DNA from: a virus
Lineage: Duplodnaviria; Heunggongvirae; Uroviricota; Caudoviricetes
Virus record (IMG/VR): IMGVR_UViG_3300009709_000002
Coordinates: 168,228-232,227 of that record
DNA: 64,000 nt
Strand: one strand, 5' to 3'
Shown one piece after another: positions 1 through 9,136 of the stretch (position 1 is its first letter; each line of letters begins with the position of its first letter). The notes below the pieces were generated by a model. That model made no database searches. It saw nothing but the letters and a program-made list of their open reading frames with translations, and had not been told where the DNA came from. The position numbers and the translations under genes are program-made.

Positions 1-48
1 CTTGCTCATTGGAATACGAGAAAGGTCGCTGACAGCAAAGCTCATTGA

Positions 49-351
49 TTATCCTTCGAGTTTGCCGAGAACGTCGGTTGACTTGATCAGGAAGACCTTT
101 TGGCGGTCACCAGCGTCAAGCTCAACAATTGCGGTCTTCAGCATGACGATAGTATCGCCAGGTTGAATCGGTGGGACTACGAGCTTACCAGTCTTGAAAT
201 CATGGACGCCAGGACCAACTGCGATCACCTTAGCGACGCTTGGCTTTTCCTTCAAGAAACCCGGAATGACGATGCCGCCTTTAGCGTGTTCATCTTTCTG
301 GTCTTGGTGAATCTGGACGTAGTCGTGGAGGGGTTTGAATGTGTATGTCAT
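49..351 (-). CDS. groES: GroES/Cpn10-family co-chaperonin
   Basis: FKPLHDYV..., mobile loop KGGIVIP, VIAVGPG and GDTIV motifs typical of Cpn10; AAGGA RBS. Confidence 0.9.
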   Translation of the reverse strand: MTYTFKPLHDYVQIHQDQKDEHAKGGIVIPGFLKEKPSVAKVIAVGPGVHDFKTGKLVVPPIQPGDTIVMLKTAIVELDAGDRQKVFLIKSTDVLGKLEG

Positions 352-369
352 TGTTATTCCTTATAGAGA

Positions 370-396
370 TAGAGGCGGGTATTTATTCCGCCTCTA
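370..396 (-). promoter_or_regulatory. Inverted repeat with late promoter ATAAATA in its loop, upstream of groES
   Basis: TAGAGGCGG-AATAAATAC-CCGCCTCTA on the minus strand. Confidence 0.65.
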
Positions 397-405
397 GACT
401 GAAAC

Positions 406-1482
406 TTAGACTACTACTTCGCCGCCTTCAATCTTGTCGAAACCAGCTTCATCGATTTCATCCGGCGTAGCCAGAATCGATTCGAATTTAGCTTGGTCGC
501 CCTTGATCTTCGGGTGGCTAAACATTTTGTTGACGAGTTCTTCACCAAGTTCCTTACGTTGGAACTTGATATCGCCTTCTGGCATCTTCAGTGTGTACCA
601 TGCACCACCTTGGACCACGATACCTTCTGCAATCATCAGCTCGAGTAGACCCGAGTACTTGTTCATGCCAGTGTCGTATGGTACAAGAATTTCAACCTTT
701 TGACCAAGCTTCGCAAAACGAGACTTGAAGGTTTCGATGTACATGCGAATACCAGAAACTTCACCTTCTTCCTTCAGCTTAAGACGTGTGATCAGAGCGA
801 TCTGCGAAGCCGAGTAACGAACAGCGTTGTTGATCTTCCACTTGCCTTCGCCTTCCAGCACGTCAGCAGGGTAAACCTGGTGAGTCGCTACGAAGGAGAT
901 ATTAAGTGATTTGATGCGCGAAACGACAGTACGCAGAAAGTGCTTCATCTGCTTTGCACGTTGACCTTGGTCACCCTTCTGTTCACCAGCGTTAAAGTGC
1001 TGGTTTTCAGATTCGGTCAACAGCATGTCGATCGAGTCCAGACAGATGAATACCTTTGGAGCATTCTCGTTGAACTTGCCGTATTCTTTCTCGTACTTCT
1101 TGATGAAGTCCGAAACGACAGTCACCACGTCTTGAATTGTAACGACAGAAATACCGAGGAACTTGTCTTCGGAAGTGGCGACGCCGATCTTACCAAGGTA
1201 ATCATGGTCGAGTGCGTTTTCTGAGTCAAGTGCTACAATGTAGGCACCGTCAGCCTGAGCCGCACACATGATGTTCGACAGAACGAACGATTTACCTGAG
1301 CCTGATGGACCAGCTAGAATGGTGACACGACCTTGCGGAACACCGCGGCGATAATCACCTGAAAGAATCTTGTTTGCCGCATAGTTCCCGGTGGTATACC
1401 AGTGGGAAGGCGGACGAAAGTCAGTTGTTACGTTTTCTAACTTTTCAAGTTGCTTTTTGAAGTCTTTAATAAAGGGAAGCAT
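406..1482 (-). CDS. uvsX: UvsX RecA-like recombinase
   Basis: Walker A GPSGSGKS, DSENA, Walker B ICLDS, KSRF; adjacent to SSB. Confidence 0.93.
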   Translation of the reverse strand: MLPFIKDFKKQLEKLENVTTDFRPPSHWYTTGNYAANKILSGDYRRGVPQGRVTILAGPSGSGKSFVLSNIMCAAQADGAYIVALDSENALDHDYLGKIGVATSEDKFLGISVVTIQDVVTVVSDFIKKYEKEYGKFNENAPKVFICLDSIDMLLTESENQHFNAGEQKGDQGQRAKQMKHFLRTVVSRIKSLNISFVATHQVYPADVLEGEGKWKINNAVRYSASQIALITRLKLKEEGEVSGIRMYIETFKSRFAKLGQKVEILVPYDTGMNKYSGLLELMIAEGIVVQGGAWYTLKMPEGDIKFQRKELGEELVNKMFSHPKIKGDQAKFESILATPDEIDEAGFDKIEGGEVVV

Positions 1483-1511
1483 TAATCGGCCTATGTATTA
1501 TAGGGTGAAGA

Positions 1512-1543
1512 GAACATAAGGCCACCTAAGTAGCCTTATGTTC
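1512..1543 (-). terminator. Stem-loop after SSB gene
   Basis: GAACATAAGGC / GCCTTATGTTC 11-bp inverted repeat; weak U-tract. Confidence 0.5.
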
Positions 1544-1561
1544 AATGTACTGCGAGGGAGA

Positions 1562-2470
1562 TTACGAAGCCGTGCGGTTACGCAGGCGAGCCAGGATGTC
1601 CTGAGCGCTCAGCTTCTGACCGTCACCTGCTGGTGCGGCTGGAGCTGATGGAGTTTCAGTTGCAGGTGCTTCAACCGTTTCCTTCGGTGCAGAGACCTTC
1701 TCATCGAGAGCTGCGCTACCTGTCGAAGCAGCAGGAGTCGATGTGGTCGAACCACCGCTCTTGTTGTCTTCATACGAACGACCGGTCATTTCTGCTTCGA
1801 TCATCGCTTCCATCGCTTCACGTTCGATCTTTGCGTAGCGGAACTTGCTCAGATCATACAGTTCAACGCGATCCAGGATTGCTGCATCAACCGGAGTTGC
1901 CTTGCGACGGAATTCCGAGTTGTCGTAAGAGGCGTATTCGCCTTGCTTCGACTTGATGATGCGGAAGTTGTAACCTTCCTGGAAGTCATACGGCATTGCG
2001 TCCAGGTCACCCGTGACGATACCAGCTTCAATCTTCTTGTACAGCTTCGGACCGATCGATACCAAGCGAACCGGATTTTCATCGGCCTTGATTGGGTACT
2101 CGAAGGGCGAGCTAACCACTACACCTTGACCGATGTAGTCAATCTTGCGCCAGTACTTCTTACCCATTGCCGTGTCGCCTTCATTGTAATGCTTTTGCGA
2201 CAGTTCGCAGCACGGGCATGCTTCACCATACATCTTCAAGCAAGCGATACGCTTCTTTTGACCGTTGATGACGAGTTCGTGGTACTTATTTTCGACCATG
2301 AAGCCAAGCGGATTGTCTTCATTCAGGTCAGGGAAGAAACGCCATTCTGCGATTGCGTCGGTATCCATCTTGTAGAACGGATAGAACTTATCCCAGAAAC
2401 CGGTGTTGCCTTCGGAGGAGGTGGACTTCTTGGAGAATGCTGCTTTGAGTTGTTCGAGAGATAATGCCAT
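1562..2470 (-). CDS. 32: T4 gp32-like single-stranded DNA-binding protein
   Basis: RFFPD, Zn-ligand C-x7-CPCC, GYNFRIIK..GEYASYDNSEF, low-complexity C-terminal tail. Confidence 0.9.
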   Translation of the reverse strand: MALSLEQLKAAFSKKSTSSEGNTGFWDKFYPFYKMDTDAIAEWRFFPDLNEDNPLGFMVENKYHELVINGQKKRIACLKMYGEACPCCELSQKHYNEGDTAMGKKYWRKIDYIGQGVVVSSPFEYPIKADENPVRLVSIGPKLYKKIEAGIVTGDLDAMPYDFQEGYNFRIIKSKQGEYASYDNSEFRRKATPVDAAILDRVELYDLSKFRYAKIEREAMEAMIEAEMTGRSYEDNKSGGSTTSTPAASTGSAALDEKVSAPKETVEAPATETPSAPAAPAGDGQKLSAQDILARLRNRTAS

Positions 2471-2550
2471 GATGCTTACTTCCTAACTTATTAACGTTGT
2501 TTGTGCTACACTTATTAACCTTGCCACGGCGTTGCACCGTTGACAGAGAC

Positions 2551-2588
2551 TATTTATACTAAACCAAATGAAGATTGATGTAAATTTT
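2551..2588 (-). promoter_or_regulatory. Overlapping early (TTTACA-17-TAGTAT) and late (TATAAATA) promoters for SSB
   Basis: TTTACA 2584-2579, TAGTAT 2561-2556, TATAAATA 2558-2551. Confidence 0.7.
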
Positions 2589-3057
2589 TAGTTTTCATCA
2601 GGAGATGAGAAATCAATGGATATTGTTCCTTGCTCCTAAAACGCTTCCAGTATTGCGGGTGCGAGAAATGCACATGCACGATACCAGCTTTTACACACGC
2701 CGAACGAGCCGTGTTTCCCAGAGCAATGACTTCGGACGGTTGCAGTCGGTCCACTATCGCCAGCAGATCAACTTTCGATCCATCATTGTTGAGTACGTTC
2801 AACCAGAAGAATTTCTCCTCTTGAAGATCTTCCAGCTCCATTTGCCAATTCAACCAACCAGAGCAAGCCCTAGTTGAACAGAATGGTTTTTGATCTGGAT
2901 CATTGATCGGATCAGAAGCTTGTTCACCTAAGATGAGGATATTTCCCCTCTTAAACAAACCAGCACCTGGTTGAGAAGTCGGACAAGATTCCGACGCTAA
3001 AGACATGCGGAGATTGACTCTCCGCTCTAAAGCTAGTTGCTTATCAACAGTTTTCAT
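2554..3057 (-). CDS. Uracil-DNA glycosylase-superfamily-like protein
   Basis: ILILGEQ, FFWLN, VIALGNTA and HPQYWKRF match UDG-superfamily motif order. Confidence 0.6.
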   Translation of the reverse strand: MKTVDKQLALERRVNLRMSLASESCPTSQPGAGLFKRGNILILGEQASDPINDPDQKPFCSTRACSGWLNWQMELEDLQEEKFFWLNVLNNDGSKVDLLAIVDRLQPSEVIALGNTARSACVKAGIVHVHFSHPQYWKRFRSKEQYPLISHLLMKTKNLHQSSFGLV

Positions 3058-3083
3058 CGCGGTTTGGTATTGCTAGAATGATG

Positions 3084-3118
3084 ATTGTATTACCGCTATC
3101 AACCGTTGTATATTTTAA
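3084..3118 (-). promoter_or_regulatory. Early-type promoter
   Basis: TTAAAA-TATACA-N17-TACAAT. Confidence 0.7.
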
Positions 3119-3124
3119 GATGAA

Positions 3125-3241
3125 TTACGCCGTGGTCGTTGTGTTCTCACTTTCGAACCACTTTTGCTCAAGGTAAGCCTCGGCAAAGTAAACGGCGTAG
3201 GACAGAGCGACGAAAGAGAGGAGTACAACGATGTTTTTCAT
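3125..3241 (-). CDS. 38-aa predicted membrane peptide (not in ORF track)
   Basis: MKNIVVLLSFVALSYAVYFAEAYLEQKWFESENTTTTA; AGGTG RBS; late promoter upstream. Confidence 0.65.
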   Translation of the reverse strand: MKNIVVLLSFVALSYAVYFAEAYLEQKWFESENTTTTA

Positions 3242-3252
3242 GATAGCACCTA

Positions 3253-3282
3253 ATAGTGGGAGGAAAGTCTCCCACTATTTAT
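3253..3282 (-). promoter_or_regulatory. Hairpin after terL overlapping late promoter ATAAATA
   Basis: AATAGTGGGAG / CTCCCACTATT stem; CATAAATA overlaps its 5' arm on the minus strand. Confidence 0.55.
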
Positions 3283-3284
3283 GC

Positions 3285-4835
3285 TTAGAACACGAATGGA
3301 ACCGGATCTCCACCACCATACTCATCTTCACCAGTCGAGTCAAGATCGTGATGGTAGAAGTCTCCTTCTGATTCATACAGCTTCGTGAAGACTTCTGGCT
3401 CATACTCTGACAGCTGCTTGATGATCTGTGCTACGATCAGCATCGCCGAGATCAAGTCATCATGTGCACCAAATTTTGCGGTGTAAGCTGCACCAGAACG
3501 AACGTACGTCTTCAGTTCCTTGATGAGCGGGCCAGAGTTGATGACCAAATTGTTCTTGGGCTTTTCAATCAACGTCTTCAATGTCTTACACGCGAGAGCC
3601 TTCGACTTACCTGAGGTGTTGATACCAAGCTTTTCACCGATCGAGACAAGCTCAGCTTCGTGTGGGAAGTGCTCATCATTGTTGAACAGTGCAGAGATAG
3701 CCGCACCAACCGAGTTGTTTTCAAATGACCAGTGAACACCTGGCGGCTTACCTGCGTGATTGCGATATGACAGCAACTTTTCGCAGATCCACTTTACCGC
3801 AGCGTAGAGCTCAGGTTCCTTGATGCGGTTTGAACGAAATTCAGCGATCTGGAACATCGTCTCAAGCTCAACTACCTGGATGACAGAGTAGTCTTTGTTC
3901 ATACCTTGAGCCACGTCGATACCCACAATGTAGGTCATCTTTGCCGATGGTTCCTTCCAGAACACGAAGCCGTGATCCTTCATGAATGGCTCTGCGAAAC
4001 GCAGATTTGCTAGCGTGATCGAGTTGATCAGCAAGTCATCTGAAGAAATGAATTCACACTCATATTCCTGCAGCCACTTTTCTTCACCGATCTTACGGAT
4101 CATCTCCTGCTTGTAGGTCTCAGTGCGCTCCGGGTGTTCATTCCATAGAACTTCAACCGGCACAAAACCATTTAGGCCAGACTCTGCTTCTCGCCAGATC
4201 TTGGCAAACAGGTCCATGTCGCCGTTAGGCGTGGAGGATATGATACAAGAACCACCAGTCGAGATCGTTGGCGCTAGTGAGGTCCACATTTCATCTTGGA
4301 TTCGATTCTGAACGAACGCCAACTCGTCAAGCATCAGCAGGGAGATCGAACGACCACGACCAGTGTTTTCAGTCGTTGCAGATGAAGTGATGGTAGAATC
4401 ATTGTCGAATTCAACTGAATGCTTGTTGAATGCCTTAGCTCCCGGCTTCAACCAGTCTGGAAGTTCTTCATAAGCGTAGCGGATGCGGTTCATAATGTCG
4501 ATCGCACCAGCGTTCTTGTTCGATGCAACCATGATGTACTTGTCGAAGTGGAAGCAAGCGAACCAAAGCAGATATGCTGCGATGACAGTTGACTTACCAA
4601 GCTGTCGGCCAGCTTTGACAACGCACCAACGATTTTCCTGGAAAGCGCGGATGCATCGAATCTGATAGTCAAACAGCTCAAGCTTCAGCTTTCCCTTCTT
4701 TGGGTGCTGAACGTACATGTAGTTGCTGATGAAGTAGACTGGATCCAGTCTACATCTTTTAAGCTCTTGTACCTGCCAAGCATTATACTCGGCTTCAGTA
4801 TTTGGCTTCTTGATTAACTCATTCTTATTTGTCAT
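3285..4835 (-). CDS. 17: Terminase large subunit (T4 gp17-like)
   Basis: GRQLGKS Walker A, LLMLDE Walker B, STPNG, RNase H-fold GIDVAQG and HDD; start moved to ATG 4835 (GGAG RBS). Confidence 0.95.
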   Translation of the reverse strand: MTNKNELIKKPNTEAEYNAWQVQELKRCRLDPVYFISNYMYVQHPKKGKLKLELFDYQIRCIRAFQENRWCVVKAGRQLGKSTVIAAYLLWFACFHFDKYIMVASNKNAGAIDIMNRIRYAYEELPDWLKPGAKAFNKHSVEFDNDSTITSSATTENTGRGRSISLLMLDELAFVQNRIQDEMWTSLAPTISTGGSCIISSTPNGDMDLFAKIWREAESGLNGFVPVEVLWNEHPERTETYKQEMIRKIGEEKWLQEYECEFISSDDLLINSITLANLRFAEPFMKDHGFVFWKEPSAKMTYIVGIDVAQGMNKDYSVIQVVELETMFQIAEFRSNRIKEPELYAAVKWICEKLLSYRNHAGKPPGVHWSFENNSVGAAISALFNNDEHFPHEAELVSIGEKLGINTSGKSKALACKTLKTLIEKPKNNLVINSGPLIKELKTYVRSGAAYTAKFGAHDDLISAMLIVAQIIKQLSEYEPEVFTKLYESEGDFYHHDLDSTGEDEYGGGDPVPFVF

Positions 4836-4919
4836 ATGGGTATGCTCCAAAGATTTCCATGGAGATATTTAGGTTTGAATTGATGATATTCTTGGAACCG
4901 CTTTAAATAATAAGTGGCC

Positions 4920-5675
4920 TTAGTCACCTTTCTTTAAGCTTAATTCGTCATCTTGAGCTTTCATGATTTGATCACGAAGTTTTTCTACGTAGCCATTATT
5001 GCGGAGTGCTTTAAAGACTAGATTTTCAAGGCTAAACTCACCACCGCTTTCCAAGCCAGCTCTACGAAAACGTGATAGTTTATCATTCAGCTCTTCTAAT
5101 GCCGTTGCATCATTAGCACCAGATTTAGTCAGATCGTCAATTTGATTAGCAAGCTCTTTGACTTTGTGTTTAATTTGTGATGCTTTATACTTGACATTAT
5201 GCTTGCTTGGAACCTTGATCCAGGCATTATTCTTGATAGAGAATGAGCCTGAATCGGTGATGCCAGTTTCATTGTCACCATCTTGTGCATAAAGCTCAAC
5301 TGGAAATCCATAGATCTCCATGTCATGACGTTCATTCCAAAGTGCTTTCTTGGCAAACAAACAATCATTGAAATTAAACTCTTTACAGTCTTCACAATTT
5401 ACTTTGCCAAGATCCAATATGACGTGAATGTCAATATCCGAAAGCTTGGTCCAATTGTAGTTAACATTGCTTCCAGTGAAGATAATGTCACTTACAGCGT
5501 CAGATGGTAGTTTCAAAGTCTCAATGAACTTATTTGCGATTCTTAAAAGAGCTGCATCAACCTTTGGCTTAAGCTCATAACCATTATGAAGTTTATCCCA
5601 AAGCGCTGGATTCAGCTCATCATGATACGCAAGCTTAAGCTCCATGTCGCTTTCAAGAAAGGTCTTGAATTTCAT
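4920..5675 (-). CDS. Pol-beta-superfamily nucleotidyltransferase with capsid-targeting-like N-terminus
   Basis: IIFTGS...SDIDIHV (GS-x-DxD) plus VELYAQ; starts MKFKTFLES. Confidence 0.7.
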   Translation of the reverse strand: MKFKTFLESDMELKLAYHDELNPALWDKLHNGYELKPKVDAALLRIANKFIETLKLPSDAVSDIIFTGSNVNYNWTKLSDIDIHVILDLGKVNCEDCKEFNFNDCLFAKKALWNERHDMEIYGFPVELYAQDGDNETGITDSGSFSIKNNAWIKVPSKHNVKYKASQIKHKVKELANQIDDLTKSGANDATALEELNDKLSRFRRAGLESGGEFSLENLVFKALRNNGYVEKLRDQIMKAQDDELSLKKGD

Positions 5676-6214
5676 TTCACTTCCTTAGCTTGAACGTCAA
5701 CGATCTGAGCTTGTTCAACTGTGTCAGCTTCCATCATCTGGCGAAGAATCGCGTTACGATCGGCGATAAAGACGTTCTGGTTAAGCGTCTGTGGAGTTCC
5801 TGCTTGCTGGGCGGCGATGCGCAGCTTACCGCGCTTGTACTTAGCATCGACACGAGAATTCGTTGCATTCAATGCAATGTTCAAATATTGCGCAGCAACT
5901 TCAGCGTTACGAGCAGCAAACTTCGGATCGACTTCTTGTGACATGCGTGACTGCTGGTTGAAAGCCGTCAATGCAGCGTCATGAATAGTTGCTAGCTGAC
6001 GATCCACTGCCAAATCATCTAGACGATCTTCACGAGCAATATCTTCAGACGTTAGCCCATCAACCTTACGTTCAATAGCTGTTCCTGTGCTCGGATCGAT
6101 CAAATCAGTCGATGGAGTCGTTGGATCAGTCTCTATGCCAAATACTGGAGTTGATCCGCTATCAATATTGAACACATCTTCAAGTGGATGCGAGTGTTCA
6201 GTTTCTTGACTCAT
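5672..6214 (-). CDS. Putative terminase small subunit
   Basis: Helical ~180 aa protein near terL with C-terminal NQNVFIADRN; AAGGAG RBS before ATG 6214; call is mostly positional. Confidence 0.45.
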   Translation of the reverse strand: MSQETEHSHPLEDVFNIDSGSTPVFGIETDPTTPSTDLIDPSTGTAIERKVDGLTSEDIAREDRLDDLAVDRQLATIHDAALTAFNQQSRMSQEVDPKFAARNAEVAAQYLNIALNATNSRVDAKYKRGKLRIAAQQAGTPQTLNQNVFIADRNAILRQMMEADTVEQAQIVDVQAKEVK

Positions 6215-6224
6215 CATCTTCTCC

Positions 6225-6647
6225 TTATTTCTTTTTTGTAAAGAGTTCATCTTGTGTCAGAACTCTAAATCGAATGTTAGCTTTTTCGCAATAAGCTCGT
6301 GCAGCTTCCCATTTAGCTTGATTGATTACGTAACTCACCTTCTCATAATTTGTCATTCTCTTGCTAATGACAGCTTGCTTGAGAGGTTTGATCTCAATCA
6401 TCTCGGTGATGATATTTCCATTCTTATCGCGATACTTAACGATAAAGTCAGGAATGTAGTTGCAGATTTTTTGCTTAACAGGATGGTAGTACTTGACATG
6501 AACCTCTTCAGAAGCCCACTCAATTACATTGGGATTTGTATCGCAGAAAGTCATAAATCTGGCTTCCCAAGAAGACAAGAATCTAATCTTGCTTGGATCA
6601 CCAACGTACTTCTCTGGATAAATGGGGGTGTATAAACCTTTGGCCAA
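6225..6647 (-). CDS. 4: Head completion nuclease (T4 gp4-like, TnsA-type PD-(D/E)XK)
   Basis: KYVGD..I.FLSSWE, WASEE, YIPDF, EIKP, NQAKWEAA. Confidence 0.9.
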   Translation of the reverse strand: MAKGLYTPIYPEKYVGDPSKIRFLSSWEARFMTFCDTNPNVIEWASEEVHVKYYHPVKQKICNYIPDFIVKYRDKNGNIITEMIEIKPLKQAVISKRMTNYEKVSYVINQAKWEAARAYCEKANIRFRVLTQDELFTKKK

Positions 6648-6691
6648 GACTTCCTCCTATGACTATTGGAGTATTTATCTTGGCCAGAGAT

Positions 6692-7897
6692 TTAACCAGT
6701 TGTGAAAGTATATTGCGGAGTACTGCTGTCACTAACGACAGATTCACCGCTATCTAAGCTTCCAGGAGGCGCCAGGTTAGATCCGTTTTGTACACTATTG
6801 AGAGTGAACTGCAGATTTGAATTCAACGTAGTTCCTGCGCTATTGATGACAGAAGCGTTATTGTAAGCAGAGATCGGGTTGTTGCCGGTTTGCCCAGACA
6901 GTCCCGATAATGCAGCTGGAAGCATAGTATTGCCGCCAGTGATAGCCGCAAGCTGGTCAGACGTCAAGTTACTACCCATCTGGCTTGAAAGAGCACCATT
7001 TGCTGCGGAGAATAGACCTGTCATGTTCGATCCAGTAGCACTTTGCGCCACTAGCACTCCAGCCTCAAGAAGTGAAGATGCGCCGCCATTAGCATTGCTA
7101 ACTCCGCCTGCTAGCAAGTCGGTGTTGCCCCATGAGTAAAGCGTGCTCTGAGCCACTGTCGTGCACTGAATTCCATCATAGTGGAACATCACCGTCATCG
7201 TGCTACCACCATTTTCTTCCATGCTTAGTTCATCAAAGTCAAATGATTCAATACGTGGGTTAGTAAAGATGAATCTGTTTGATGACGTACCATTACCGAA
7301 GACCTGCTCGATCGTGATGCTCGTTCCTTGCGCGTAGCCGTTCTTGTATGGAAGCGATGATGAAGACTTCGTAAAGCCGTTGTTCGTACCAACCCCGCCG
7401 GCGCCTTGACCAGACTGTGTGGCCATGTAAGCACTGAAGAACTCATTGACGCTGTTCCCAATTTCATCGAGGAATGTGACGCTCAGCGGTTCAAAGGTGA
7501 CGCTTGTTAGAACCTTAGAACGGAAGTTATAGAAGTTCACTTCCTGGTGATTGAATCTAACACGCGGCTTATCTACCGTGTGGACATAATAGTAGAAGTC
7601 ACGAGTCGCAAATCCAGAGAACAAGACTTTGAATAGGAACTTGAACTTTGGCTGGTGATTCACCAGGTCATTAGCATAACCGGTCGACGTCCAATCACCA
7701 GGTGTAGTAGAAACAGCTTCACCACCGCCAAGAGCTTGAGTCAATAGCGTGCTTGCATTCAGACCAGAGCCGCCTGACAATGAATCAACCGCTTGAGCAA
7801 AGAGATTTACAGCCCCGCCCGCGCTGGTTGCACCAAAACTATCTGTGACACCGGCATTAATGCCGATGCTATTAAGGGCTGTATCAATTATGCTCAT
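6692..7897 (-). CDS. Tail tube-fold protein (gp19/gp54-like) with S/G/N-rich extensions
   Basis: VDKP....EVNFYN......VTFEPLSVTFLD, FDFDEL, FHYD parallel the tube protein at 8454-9047. Confidence 0.65.
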   Translation of the reverse strand: MSIIDTALNSIGINAGVTDSFGATSAGGAVNLFAQAVDSLSGGSGLNASTLLTQALGGGEAVSTTPGDWTSTGYANDLVNHQPKFKFLFKVLFSGFATRDFYYYVHTVDKPRVRFNHQEVNFYNFRSKVLTSVTFEPLSVTFLDEIGNSVNEFFSAYMATQSGQGAGGVGTNNGFTKSSSSLPYKNGYAQGTSITIEQVFGNGTSSNRFIFTNPRIESFDFDELSMEENGGSTMTVMFHYDGIQCTTVAQSTLYSWGNTDLLAGGVSNANGGASSLLEAGVLVAQSATGSNMTGLFSAANGALSSQMGSNLTSDQLAAITGGNTMLPAALSGLSGQTGNNPISAYNNASVINSAGTTLNSNLQFTLNSVQNGSNLAPPGSLDSGESVVSDSSTPQYTFTTG

Positions 7898-7898
7898 T

Positions 7899-8375
7899 TT
7901 ATTCAGGCTTCAAAAGTTTCATTACTTCTTTGACAAATGCCACGGTATGCTTGTGAATGTGCTTACCCATGTGGATCTCACGCATTACAACTTCACCGTC
8001 TTTCATGATGTAATTCGTGCGCTTCTTTGACTTGATTTCGAAGGTGCGGTAAAGTGCACGAATCTTCTTGTCAAGCTCTCCACCCTTCACGATCTTGAGA
8101 GGCGCAAGCGAGTTAATTTCAAATTCACCGGAGTCAGTGCTATTGTCGAAGGTAATCATCAGGTGCTTACCCTTTTCAGTTTTCAGCACGCTCTTCGAGT
8201 TGCTAACACCATAGTACTTGTAATCCTTGCTACGTTTCAAATCACGAACATATCCACCTTTGTGATGGAAGATCATTTCAGCGATCTTGTCGATCATGGA
8301 ACGAGTCTTTTCAACCTCAGGATCTTCAATGATGTTCTTCTTAGATTCGGCCAAAAACTCTTTGAATGTCGTCAT
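7899..8375 (-). CDS. Putative internal head protein
   Basis: N-terminus MTTFKEFLAES resembles the T4 IP capsid-targeting sequence; basic; late promoter 8396-8402. Confidence 0.6.
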   Translation of the reverse strand: MTTFKEFLAESKKNIIEDPEVEKTRSMIDKIAEMIFHHKGGYVRDLKRSKDYKYYGVSNSKSVLKTEKGKHLMITFDNSTDSGEFEINSLAPLKIVKGGELDKKIRALYRTFEIKSKKRTNYIMKDGEVVMREIHMGKHIHKHTVAFVKEVMKLLKPE

Positions 8376-8403
8376 GCTTAATCTCCTTATGATGCTATTT
8401 ATG

Positions 8404-8433
8404 GAAAAGACAAAAGGGGCAAAATGCCCCTTT
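8404..8433 (-). terminator. Rho-independent terminator after tail tube gene
   Basis: AAAGGGGCA/TGCCCCTTT stem followed by T-rich tract on the minus strand. Confidence 0.75.
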
Positions 8434-8453
8434 GTATGAACTTAAGCCGAAGC

Positions 8454-9047
8454 TTAAGAGAGAAGACCGCCGATTGCGGAACCGCCGATATCTGGTGTAA
8501 GAACTTGACGAGCTTGGTCGAAACGAATCGTCAGAGAGATCGTTACCTTACCACCTTCTGCGTAGTCCAAGTCACCATATTCAACGTTCTGAATAAAGCA
8601 ACCTTCGCACAACCATGATTCAAGAACAGTTTCATTACCGTCAAGCATGTTCAGAGTAGTACCAAACTTGTATGACGATGCCGTCGCTTCAGTGTTCAGC
8701 CATGGGCCTGTAGCACCGATAAGACGCTGTTGCAGTTCAAGTTGAGCTTGAATAGCGTTTGAAGCCAAGTTCGTAACGTCATCTTCAAGCGTAAGTTGCA
8801 TAGGCTGGAATGAATGCTTACCAGCTACGTATGCACGCGAGTTGTATCGGTCAAGTTGAACTTCTTCAAATTCAAGTGACGGACGAGTCACTGTAATCAG
8901 CTGAAGTGAAAGATTAGTAGCCACACCAGCCGTAGAGCCGGTGGCGCCGCCCAGTCCGCTAAAAATCACGTTCCAGCGGTTCTTGTGCTTTGGGTGCAGG
9001 ATACCGTTACCCACACCGTAGATGCCTACTTGGGATAGTGTTGCCAT
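8454..9047 (-). CDS. 19: Tail tube protein (gp19-like)
   Basis: RPSLEFEEVQLDRYNSRAYVAGK, LTLEDD, GCFIQNVEYGDLDY, IRFD; late promoter 9107-9113. Confidence 0.85.
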   Translation of the reverse strand: MATLSQVGIYGVGNGILHPKHKNRWNVIFSGLGGATGSTAGVATNLSLQLITVTRPSLEFEEVQLDRYNSRAYVAGKHSFQPMQLTLEDDVTNLASNAIQAQLELQQRLIGATGPWLNTEATASSYKFGTTLNMLDGNETVLESWLCEGCFIQNVEYGDLDYAEGGKVTISLTIRFDQARQVLTPDIGGSAIGGLLS

Positions 9048-9136
9048 GTTAGAGTTTCTCCAGAAAGTCGACCGTCTGTGTTGTTACGGTGTAGTTTTGT
9101 ACGATGTATTTATTTAGATTGTCCATTTTTCAAACT

